From the NCBI GenBank assembly GCA_045837725.1, contig JBEWZL010000003.1, forward strand, positions 248,001-312,000: a stretch of DNA of 64,000 nucleotides, written 5' to 3'. The notes beneath the pieces were generated by a model. The model was not told where the DNA came from. It did no database searches and worked only from the letters and a program-made list of their open reading frames with translations. The DNA is from Vermamoeba vermiformis. Taxonomy: Eukaryota. This document shows, piece after piece, positions 24,338 through 36,155 of this stretch; positions within the stretch are counted from its first letter, which is position 1; every line of letters starts with the position of its first letter. The translations under genes were made by a program, and so were the position numbers.

Positions 24338-27014
24338 ATGGAAGGTCGGGGCAGCAAAAGAAAAGCTGCTAGCGAAGACGAAGAAGCGCGATCTGTCAGT
24401 AAGATTTTTTAATTTTTTTGTTCCTAATTAGCAATAATAATTTATTCGAATCTTATAGAACGGGCAAAAGTCATCCATAGTGAAGGTAAAATCTCGTGAA
24501 TTATTCAAAATTGCTGGCGCTAGGAATTGGAAACAATTTTTCTAGAAATCGAAACCTCTTACACTGTATTCAACCTCTTAAATACAGACAATTCGAGCCA
24601 ATTTTGCCGAAGGATTCTTGTAAAAGAAGGCAAATTGAAGCTGCTCAATGAAGCGACAGCCCGTTGGACAGATGTAACTCTCAAGCTGTATTCAAACGCG
24701 GATTTAGAATATAAACTTGATCTACGCTCTCAAGATGGTGAATTGAAGCGAAATAGCAAAAAAAAGTCAGGATTCTATCGGATCAAGCCGAATCAAACTG
24801 CCGCACCATTTAACCGTACAGACTATGTTGGTGTTTTTTGCATAGTGAAGACTAAGGATTATCTGGCGCATAGGAATGAAGTTCCGCTGATATTTGCTGC
24901 GGCGGATCCGAACGTAAGAGAAATTTCCAAATTAAAGAAGATCTGAATCCAGGCCAGCTAACTTTCAACTGCATAGGAAGGAGAAAAATGGATGCTCATA
25001 ATCAATTATACTCGATTGAAGCGTACTCTTGAGCTCGCGAAGCACAACCACCCCTTGACTCCATGCCAACCGCAATTTCCTTTCAGCGCCGTTGAGAAGG
25101 TCGGTCCTTCCGTCATCAATCTGTCAAATGGAAGTATAATTTCCTGTTATTCGTGCGAAACGAACTTTCGGATCTCGCCAGGTAAGTTCGAAAAAACGTT
25201 TTCAGGGAACGGGGAAAATAAATTATTAATAATTATTTTTGATCAAAGGCCTTCGCTGCGAATTCTGCAATTTTGATATTTGTAGAGAGTGCTTGGCTTA
25301 TGGCTCCACTACGCCGCTAAATGGTATATCCAGGGCTCCTTCAATTTTATCGCCGTCCATTCCCGAACTGGAACGCTCAGCCAATCACGTGCAACATCCG
25401 TTGATCAGATTTGACTCGGTCGAAGATCCGTCGTGGTTTTTGCAATCAAAGTACAATGATGGTAGCTACACTTGCAACGTGTGCCTAGAAGAAAGATACG
25501 GACCTGTGTACCATTGCATGGACTGTGGTGGCTATGAAGAGTGTCTTGATTGTTTCAGACCTGTCAAAACAGAACCTGAGACAATGAAATCACTGCACGA
25601 AAATGAGGACAAAGAGATGCAATTAGATGTTGGATTGCTGTCACGTGTCATTGCCAAATCTGGAAATGTCTTCGAGCTCAACAAACAAAGTGAACGCAAG
25701 CCACCACAAGCAGCGAGCATGATCACGACAAAGTGTTGGGACGTGTCACAGATTGACTCCGCACCAGTACCTTCAGCGTACTTTGAAGTGACATTCCATC
25801 ATCTCGAAGGTCAGTACGTGAGTGTGGGTGTTGGCAATCAGATCTTTGTTCAGAATCAACTGCTCGGCTATCAACAGAACAGCTTCGGGTACTGCAACAA
25901 CGGGCAGGCGACACAGAATGTTGGCACGAACTTACAAAACTTTTCTGCTTATGGCACTGGTACAGTCACTTTACTCATATCAATAGACTCAACCAGAACT
26001 GACACTTTGTTTGACAGGTGATACTGTTGGCGTTGGAATGTTATTGGACTCGTTCAACATGCGTCGATTGTACTTCACAAAGAGCGGACAGTTGCTTGGT
26101 ACGCTATAGATACGTCATTCTGAGCTTTGCAAGAAGACTAATTGTACGATTAGGTTACTTCAACGAGCGAGTTCGTGTCGGCATGGATTGCTTCCCAGGC
26201 GTGTCATTCACTCCGAACACGTGTCAACAACTCAAGTTCTCAGTCAACACGACAGGGCCATTCATGTTCAATCCAAATAGTGTTCCTGATTATAGAAGTA
26301 CGAGAGAAAACTGGCTCGAGCAGATGCCTAATGAGCTTATCGTTAAATGCTTGGCACTGGCCGTTCAAATGAGTCCCGAAGAACTTTCTCGGAACTCAAC
26401 CATTCACGCCAAACAAGCGGTAGAGTTTTTCAAGGTATGACGCATTACGTTTTTTTTCTGCATTGTTAACTCGTTTGGTGCAGGTTTCAAAGACTATTTC
26501 ATCCGTGGCGAGTAATAACGAGATCTGGAAGCCGTTGTTCTTACAAAGGTGGCCGGTGCAAAACTCGCAGTTGAAGATCAAATCGTGGATGACATTTTAC
26601 CAGTCCCATTACAAAAAAGTAAAACGAAAGAAAACACAAAACCACTTTGAGTATAATAATGATCGTAATTTCATTGGTAAGACATCCATACTAAGTTACG
26701 ACGCTAATGACACTTTTGACAATTCATTTCTCAGAAAATTGTGCCTTCGAGTTTGAGTGTCGGTTGTTGAAGATTTAGAGCAAATCGACGACAGCTGCGC
26801 AATTTGCTCCAAATGCAATAAAACAGTGTACAAAGGTAAGAAAGTTTTCGACTTTTCGAGGGTTAGGGTGTGACTAATGCATGATTCAGAATCGTTAGTC
26901 AAATTTGTTGCTATGGGCCGTTGCGTGAGTTTAATTGCCAAACCAATTGATACTTGCCTCGTGTGCAACTGTAACCCAAGCCATTCGACTCCTGAGAGAT
27001 CCAAATACAAATAA
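24338..27014 (+). CDS. PH-like + ZZ + SPRY + F-box protein, paralog B (tandem duplicate; apparent frameshift near 26760)
   Basis: Same exon layout and domains as 21550-24207; the SPRY exons are nearly identical at the DNA level. Confidence 0.8.
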
Positions 27015-27068
27015 ACCAGAATTGGGTACAATAGTCAAGTTTTTATATTTTAAGGAAAGTACCGCGTG

Positions 27069-30000
27069 TCACCAAGCAAATCCACGAGCAAATTTGCCTT
27101 TGGGGTGTCTGCGAGCAATGAACTTGCGCAGTTCGCACCAAGGCCAGACGAGCAACAAAATGCCAACGGGAGGCAGCCAGAAGTATCCGGGGACAGTCGC
27201 TGTACCGAATGGAATTTGAATGTAAGGCACGTAGACTATCAAGTTGACAATAATGAGTGAAACTCCAATGCCAGCAACATGCGCCAGTTCTTGATGACGT
27301 TGTGTTTGAAGAGCGAAATGACGCGTGTCTTGCACATCCAGACGTGAAATATCTGACAGAGGACAATGTTCAAGAACCACGCGGCATTCACTACTGAAAT
27401 AATCTCGACTTGTTGAGCGGCATTGTAGGTGACATCGCCGATAACGAGATCCGGTGAAGTGCTTGTGAAGTATTCGTATTTCTTGGGCAGGGCACTAGCA
27501 GGGATTCCATACATGTAGAAGATCATAAAATAAGACAAGAAGCATATGCCAGTCTCGATCATTCCAATCTGAAGGTAGGCGTACGACAGAATCGGGAACG
27601 AGACCAAGTGATCTTTGTTGATGTTGCGAGGCGGTCTCTTCATGACATCACTCTCTGGAGGCTCGTGCGCAAATGAGATTGCCGGGGCCAGTTCAGTACC
27701 AGCGTCGATCATGAGAACTAAGATTGCTGAGAGACCCAAGGGCAGGCCAAAAGCGAGGTAGCACAAGACAGGCACGATCTCGGGCCAAAGATGAGTTAAC
27801 GTGTAAGCGATGGTCTTCTTCAGATTATCGTAGATGACACGTCCTTCAATCATTCCGAGAATAATATTCGGGAAATGATCGTCAAGCAAGATGATTTCAG
27901 CTGCTTCGCGAGCAACGTCGGATCCAGAAATTCCCATTGCAATGCCAAGATCGGCTTGCTTTAGTGCAGGCGAGTCATTGACACCATCTCCCGTGACAGC
28001 AACGACATTTCCGGCCATTTGAAATCTCTTCACAATCTCCAATTTGTTCTGTGGAGATGTGCGTGCAAATACGATCTCAGCCTTGGTAAAAACCTTGGCC
28101 CAATCCTCATCTATAAGACATCAATATTAATATATGAACGCATGATGTTGACTAGGACTTACCGGCAAAATTACTAACTTCAGCACCGGTCACAACAATT
28201 GCACCAAAGTCTTCAAACGGCACGTCAGAATCATTGACGCCGCGTTCTTTGGCGACATCAGCGCGCGTTTTCTGGTGCTTAATGATGCCAACTTGCTTGG
28301 CAATAGCTTCGGCTGTGTAAGGGTGATCGCCTGTCACCATCACCACGTGCACACCAGCACTGTGACACGTGTCAATGGCCTCTTTGACTCCGAGCCTGGG
28401 TGGATCTTGCAAACTAATCAGGCCCAAGAAAGTGTAGCCTTCAGTGGGGAATTTGTTGTCCTCGCCTGGTACATATTGAAGGTTTTCTTCAGGTACGAAT
28501 TTTTTGTGCGCAAAGCCAAGCACCCGTTCTCCCTACAAGATCCAAATTAGGAAAAATATTTATTGTAAGTTTGAAGTGAACTTACGTTTCCAGCGAGAGA
28601 TTTATAAGCGGCAGTATACTGCTTCATGAATACATCGTCAATAGGCACTTTCTGGCCCTTGACTAAAGCTCGCGAGCATTTTCCGAGAACAACTTCAGGA
28701 GCGCCTTTGATTACCAAGATATGCTTATTCTTGGCCTGATGAATGGATAGCTGCCATTTGTTCTTAGAATTGAAAGGGATTTCAAACAGTTTGTTGAAGC
28801 GTTGTTTGACTGAGTCTGTGTTGGTAAGAAGAGAGCAGTAGCGGAGTAAAGCAGATTCGGATGCGTCTCCAATGATAAGCTGAGTCTCGATAAATTCTTG
28901 TGTTAGACCAGTGTCCGTCAAATCTAAGCTATTTTTGGCAGAGGGGACGTTAACGGCAGGCTCATTGCCCAGATCCAGAAGTTCAATGCTCGGACGATGG
29001 CGCTTTTCTTCGAATGAAGGACGCATTCTTATAATTAAAGTCAGCTCAATATAGACTTGGCGAAACACTTACTTGAAGCCCTGTTCTTCCAAGCTCTTTC
29101 GGATCGAGGTTTGGTCGTCCTCGGATGGAACAAACGAAGCACGATTGCAAAGTGTAGCAACGCGGAATAAAGATAAGAATGATCTGTTTTGAACAACGTT
29201 GTTATCATGCTCAAATGTCTCGTTGGCTGGCACCATAGTGTAATCGAACCACTAAATCCGGATCAAAGTCAGTACGTGGCTCACTGAATTACGTTCAATA
29301 AATGACTTACCAAGTTCGTAACGCTCATTTTGTTTTGAGTCAGAGTGCCGGTCTTATCAGAGCAAATAACATTAGCTGCACCAAGCGTTTCCATCGTAGT
29401 TAGTCGTTTAACCAAAACATTTTTCTTAGAAAGACGCTGAGCCGCAATTGCTAGGCAAGACGTAACAGTAGCAGGCAGCCCTTGAGGTACGTTAGCGACG
29501 ATAACGGTGATGAAGCCGTTAATGAAGGTAAAGAGCGGATCCTGGCCTTGAGCCACTCCAATGACGAAGAATACAATCGCCATGCCAATAGACAAGCAGC
29601 CAATAATGAAAACGAATCGCTTTACTTCTACTTCGAGTGTAGTATCACCTGGACTGCCTAACAAGCCACAGAGCTTTCCTTTCTTAACGTGTTGTTTCTT
29701 TGAAGATGCGAGACGTGCGATCTGGCCCAAGGCAGTGTTGTCGCCGGTCTAAATGAGATAATTAGCTCAACGGAGTTACACATACGCTATATAATATCAT
29801 TTAGTCCTTACTTTTACTATCACGCCGTAAGCTTCGCCATCCACAACTAACGATCCGCTCAGAGCCATGTTTTGGCTTTCAAGAATTCTATCCGATGTAG
29901 GATTGACTGTCAGTAGCTCAGGTTCAGACTCGCCTATTAAAGATCAATATGAGAATCATGTTGATATTTTCAAGTTTCTTACCGGTCATCGAAGATCGCT

Positions 30001-30625
30001 CAACCTTGCAATTGTTCGAGAAAAATACCCGAAGATCGGCAGGTACTTTATCTCCCGTAGTCAAGTGGACTACATCACCAATCACGAGCTCTTCAGCTTT
30101 CAGCAATACTTCTTTTCCTTCGCGGATAACGCGAGCATTCAAAGGAAGCATAGTCCTACGCGAACGGATGCATGATTAGAATACGTTATTATCGTCATAA
30201 ATACTAGGAATAACAACTTACTTGAAAACCTTGACTATTTGCTCAGCTTTACGATTTTGAAAGTAATCGATCATTACAGTTATGATCACGATTACAAACA
30301 AGACCAAGCCAAGGTAAAGATTAACAATGACCGAGGGGGATAGTGCATAGGTCACTATTGATAAAATACCCGCTGCGATGAGCAGTAGCATGAAGAAGTT
30401 TAGAAATCCTTCCAAAAATTTGACGATCTCGGGTTTACGCTTAGGAGGGCTAAGAATGTTCTTGCCATACTTCTCTAATCGTTCTTTAGCATCATTTTGA
30501 GTGAGACCTTCGCTGGCCGATGGCTTCGAGGTCGAGAAATGAGTCGCTAGCTGATCTTGAAGCTCGTCCAGCGAGATCTGATGCTCGTTCACTGTAGCTA
30601 GTGCTTCAGTAGGAGGTGCTTCCAT
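27069..30625 (-). CDS. P-type ATPase, subfamily P2C-like (Na+/K+ or H+/K+ ATPase alpha-like); multi-exon, apparent 1-nt frameshift near 27276
   Basis: SMTGESEP actuator, ICSDKTGTLTQN phosphorylation motif, FEIPFNSKNKWQLSIH, KGAPE, DPPR, MVTGDHP and VAVTGDGVNDSPALKQADLGIAMGISGSDV. Confidence 0.93.
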
Positions 30626-31311
30626 TTGTACTATATGAAGCGACCAATGATGAAATAAAAGGAAAAAAATTTCTTATTGGTAACCTATTTAAAGCATCCA
30701 GCCCAAGAATGTAAAGCGTCTACGCAAAAACGAAACGTAGACCACGTGTAGATTAATTATCCTATTGGTCAGAACGATCTATGGAGCTAGATTTCCGTTC
30801 TAACCAATGAGACGTTACATAATTTGCCGGTGAAATCTCTTATATCTGGATAAATTGGAATAAATTCAAGCATATTAAACATAAATGCTAATTTTAGCGT
30901 TAAAATATGCTAAATGTCTAAATACCAGTTGATGGCAGTATAACGGTCCGACAACATTCGAATTGCAATTTACAAACAAAAAAAAGTTTCCGATTACCTT
31001 CTGTGGCTCGGCATATCTTTGAACGCTCGATATCATTCTTGACAATGCCCAAATCCTCATTTAGAACCATTTACCTTGATTGATCGACTTCTCGTCAGAT
31101 CTGATCGCCCGAAGCCAGATATGGATCCCCGAAGGACAACGTTCATAGTAGGTAGCAGATACGACCGAATGTTGCATAACAGCATTGTTTATCTAGAAAG
31201 CAAAGCTGAGCTTGAGTGTAACGAAAGAATTTTATTGTTGATCTCGATGAATATTAGATCAAACAAAAAGCGCGTGCATTTCCATAATTATTATTAACAA
31301 CTACTTATATT

Positions 31312-33570
31312 TTAAAGCTTGCCAGCTCGCTTCATGGCTTGGACCATAGTAGCGCCCAACTTGGCGGGAGAAGGAGAGACGATAACACCGGCCTCTTCCA
31401 AAGCCTAAAAAGGAAATAAAGCTTAATACCAATCCTAAACAATGTATTATATGTAATATTAAATTGACATTGCGTTAGAATAATCATTGTCAGATTTTGA
31501 TAAGTCTAAGTGTTTGAGATCTCGATGTTTTGAGTCATCTGTACTTTTAACAAATAATTAAATATAGATCGTGTAACTTACTCTGATCTTGTCTTGAGCA
31601 CCACCCTTGCCACCGCTAATAACGGCACCAGCGTGACCCATACGACGGCCAGGAGGAGCAGTCAAACCAGCGATGAAACCAACGACGGGCTTTTTGTTGC
31701 CACTGGCCTTCAAGAAAGCGGCGGCCTCTTCTTCAGCAGAACCACCGATTTCACCGATCAAAATAATACCTATTGAATGATCATGATCAGTTCCATGGGT
31801 TATAAAATGACACGTGTCATAGTCGCAGATCCGACGAATGTTATTCTAAGCGTAGACGATCGAATGGTGTTATATGAATATAGCACATAATAGGTCCCTA
31901 GTGCTATCGTAATAACGTACCTTCAGTTTGAGGATCGTTCAAGAACAACTTGAGGCAGTCAACGAAGTTAGTTCCGTTGAAAGGATCACCACCGATACCA
32001 ATGCAAACGGATTGACCCAAACCAGCTTCAGTAGTTTGGTTGACAGCTTCGTAAGTCAAAGTACCAGAGCGAGAAACAATACCTAATAAAAAACATGGGT
32101 CAGACAGATCCAACACGCAGCTTTTCAAATATAGCAGTAATATTATCAGCAAGGCCGAATATGATCTTATGCAATGATTGTTCACGAGTTACTTACCGAT
32201 CTTGCCGGGCTTGTGAATGTGACCGGGCATAATACCAATCTTGCACTCTCCGGGCTTGATAATACCAGGGCAGTTAGGACCAATCAAACGGGTCTTGTTT
32301 TGTCTCAACAATCTGTGCTTGACCTAATTATAACAAAATATCTGTTAGCCTGCGTCTCCACGGTACTTTTAATATCGTGTGGTGGATCGGATCTAGCGTT
32401 ATTTTTCCATCTTATTTTCTCTTATTATATCTTTTGGTATTGATCGTATCCATGTCTTGTCGTGCTAATGCATATATATTTGTTCGATTTGAAGTATTGT
32501 CCGTTCTAAGCATGAATCGTTCGTTCAAAGTGACGTACCTTAACCATGTCTTGCTGGGGAATACCTTCAGTAATGCAAACAACGAGTTCAATCTCGGCCT
32601 CCATAGCTTCGAGAATAGCAGCAGCGGCGCCAGGAGGAGGCACGTAGATCACTGAGGCTTGAGCTCCAGTAGCGGCCTTAGCCTAGAATGCAAAAACTAT
32701 GTCAGAAATATTCTAAGCCACCGTTATAGTGCTATAATAATGATATTTCTTGCATTATTTCATTTTATATTAAAGTAAGTTCTCGGGCGTGTAACACAAC
32801 AAAAATCAAACTTTGATATTTTCATACTCGTTATTTCTTGAGGTTTTTGTCGTTGCGTTAATATAATTTCTTTATAGAAATAAATTATTTAAATAATATG
32901 GGTCATTTCTCGATGTGTTCATTTAGCGGGGTATCGCGTCAAATACCAGATTCACAAAAATTTCATCGATAACGGACTATATTTCCATTTCAAAATGTAA
33001 TATCTGGCATCTATTGTGCAGTGGGATATTTTTTTTAATTATTTTATGGGTAGATCAATTACCTCCTTGACGGATCCGAAGACAGGAAGGCCCAAGTGAG
33101 TCTGACCAGCCTTGTTAGGTGAAACACCACCAACCATCTTAGTACCATATTCAAGAGCTTGTTGAGTGTGGAAAGTACCCTATTAGATCTATTAACGATG
33201 TAATCCAGATGCGACTCTCCAAAAAATTAATTGAGCGTATTATAATTGATAATTAACTCGTGCATATCGTGTATAATATTATTAGACATTCATATGTTAT
33301 ATTAATTATGATATTAAAAATCGTGAGGCGAAGATAATAATTTTTCTTTCGTTAGCAAATCCATACCTGTTTACCAGTCAAACCTTGGCAAATAACCTTT
33401 GTGTTTTTATCAATCCATGAGGGGCTAGTGCTCTTCCATGAATCCATAGGCCATGATTTAGGGGCTTCAGGAGCATAGTTTCTGACAAAAAGAGCAACAG
33501 GAGCCGCAGATTTGGACTTGCCAATGTTCAAAACGGCTTGAGTTGTTTTTGTGACGGTACGTGCGAACAT
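31312..33570 (-). CDS. SUCLG1: Succinyl-CoA ligase alpha subunit, mitochondrial; multi-exon
   Basis: Mitochondrial-type presequence, then [55 protein letters not shown]-like ILIGEIGG and GRRMGHAGA (catalytic His). Confidence 0.97.
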
Positions 33571-33775
33571 GGTGCTACTGCCTTATTGAAGGTACTGCTA
33601 AAAGATAATTATCGATCCAACTGCTAAACTCAATCCTTTTCCGAAGGATTTTGGCCCAAAATAAAAAATTTGCTCTCGAACCGTGAAATCAAGCTATTTT
33701 CACCTTTTTATGTACATATAACCACTTATTATATTATGAAGTTGATTTAAGAGTTTTAATAAGCAAAATAACACG

Positions 33776-35191
33776 ATGTCGATGAAAATGTAAGCTGACC
33801 TGGTAAAAATATCAGAAAAAAATTCTAAATAAAATTGAATAAATACTAATAATAGTACAATTATTAGTTTGGATAAATGCGCCGGTTGGCTAACAAATTA
33901 TGAAGTTTATGCAACGCTCAAGGTAGAGCACCACCGCGATGCACGAAAGAAAAAACACCAGCTCCCTCCAAACATGATGACAGTACAATCAGCGGTAAGA
34001 TATCATATACAAATATTTTTTGGCATTATTAGACAAATCGACGCTATTTAACGAGCGTATGAATGATCTTACTTGAGCGAACGCGCCAACATTTGCAGCG
34101 CTATTCTCGCACTTAATAATCGCATAAAGCACGTGTATTTGTGGCCTTAAAGGCATTCTTAACTACGAGATTAAATTTTGGGGTTTAAGAACCGTTTTGG
34201 ATCGTGCACAACAGACACTTGTAACGGATTCAAGTAGACAGCTTATAAAGCTTTTAACTGTCAGCTTATTACATATTATCATCACAATCACACCATTATG
34301 TTATATTCAAATATCATTTTGCTTTGATTCAGCGTGTAACGCCTTGCCAGTTAAAATTTAATTTTTATTGTGCATTTGCGTTGTTTTTTCTAACGGAAGA
34401 ATTATTTTTAGGCACTGGATTACCTCGAAATGTTTACTCCCTCGCCTATAGAGTCAGTAGATGCGATCGGCAACTGCTTGCGAGCCATCAAGCCTTACAA
34501 CTTGACCGAAGCTGAAAACATGCAGATTGTAAACTTGTTTCCACAAACGATCGTCGAGTTGCATAGGGTACGTGTCGTTTGATCATACATATGCATTATC
34601 GTAATTTTCCCGCTTATACATCGATCACAAAATTGGCATTAATATTTCCTTCCGGATTTATTCTTCTCTATTTGGCTGTGACGTTGAAACTAACCTCCGA
34701 GACTTCAGATTGTAGAAGACATTACCATGCGATTTAACGAGGAGGAGATCGAAGAGCTGCTACGGATCATTAAGACTGAACTACGAGAAACACAAGAAGT
34801 CAAGTACCCACTTCCCGAGCACGTTGATGGCCGTCGAGACGGCAATCGTAACCGCGGTGGAAGAGGTCGTGGTGGTAGAGGAGGTCGTGGCGGTCGTGGA
34901 GGCCGTCAAGGCAAAGGTCGTAGATCAGATGGGGATGCCGCCGCAGATGGTCAAGAACGACAGGACAATACACAGCAACAGACTGAAGCTCGTGGTGCTA
35001 GCACCGAGACCGCGAACCAGAGTGAGCAAAAGGAAGTGGCTGCTAATAATAACGAAGCTGGTGCTGAAGCCGGTGGCGAAGGATCAGCGATGGAAGTAGA
35101 TCTGCCTGTTGGTCGTGGACGAGGACGAGGGCGAGGTCGCGGTGCACGAGGTCGCGGAAGAGGCCGGGGAAAGAAAGGCTCCGATGATTAA
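33776..35191 (+). CDS. CRCP: RNA polymerase III subunit RPC9/C17 (Rpb4 family, CGRP-RCP) with C-terminal RGG-rich extension; multi-exon
   Basis: MSMKILDKCAGWLTNYEV...ALDYL...YNLTEAENMQIVNLFPQTIVELHRIVEDITMRFNEEEIEELLRII matches the RPC9 pattern (LxNxEV; LTxxExLQxxNxxP..VE..IVE...RF.EE). Confidence 0.82.
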
Positions 35192-36155
35192 TGGGAACTT
35201 GTTAAATTTAATACTGAGTTTTCCTTTTCTAAATCCGAAGTTTTGTACGTGAAATTGAGCGGTTGTAAATAAACGAAAAATTATCGATGTTGATGCAAGG
35301 CAGCATAACAATCCATGGTCACCACTGAAGAGGAATAAGAAAAGTCCAGGCGTTTATTTTTACCATGTAAGCCGCCTGTCAGAAAGATTTTGTGAAATTG
35401 AATGGAAATGACAAACGTCAAGGAGTACAATTTAGGTTACAACGCGGTATACAATAAATGTACGGTGGTAAGCCGGTAGTTAATCGTATTGAATAATAAA
35501 GTTTAACTTGGTTTTATACTGCCAAAGTAAATTTAATTTATTATTCCTAACTCAGCGATAATTCGATCGGTAAGAAGCGAACAATTATAGATCAATTACC
35601 TAAATACTTACAAAATCTACCAATGCAAGTTCATTTGAACAGATACCTAAACGGATCGAGAGGCAAGCTTAAAGATCTCGTTTTAACTTGGGAAATTAAA
35701 GGGCAGCTACACCACGGGCTGTTTTTAGCTCAATATAAATTATTAAACTTGCCTTTTTGAGCGTTCTAAAAAGATACTCGTTGGTCAAGCGCGTCACGTG
35801 TTATTGCGATTAATTTTATTTACTTGTGAATTACAAACGTTGTGTATTTTGACTAGTTGCATTATTCCTTCGCCATTAACAACACACGAGGATTGCACTT
35901 GAACGCAAATGATAAGGTTTTCAGCGTTCAAGCCCGTTCAGCCAAGGGATCACGTGAGTTTTCCGCTTGTCAAAATTTAAATTTGGTGAACAATCTTCAT
36001 TTATTCTGTTTGTTATTAACGAATCGCCACAATTGGGCACCTAGAACGATTCCTCTAGGATTAAAGCTTAAATAACGTTGGTTTTGCCCTAGGCGCCCGT
36101 ATCTGGATTGACTAGCAGCGAAGACTCACTTGGAAACACTCGATCTGACGAAGAA

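Noticed and set aside
23977..26870. GGGTTAGGG telomere-like motif in the last intron of both F-box paralogs
   Set aside because: Only about 1.5 units, shared through the duplication; not an interstitial telomeric array.
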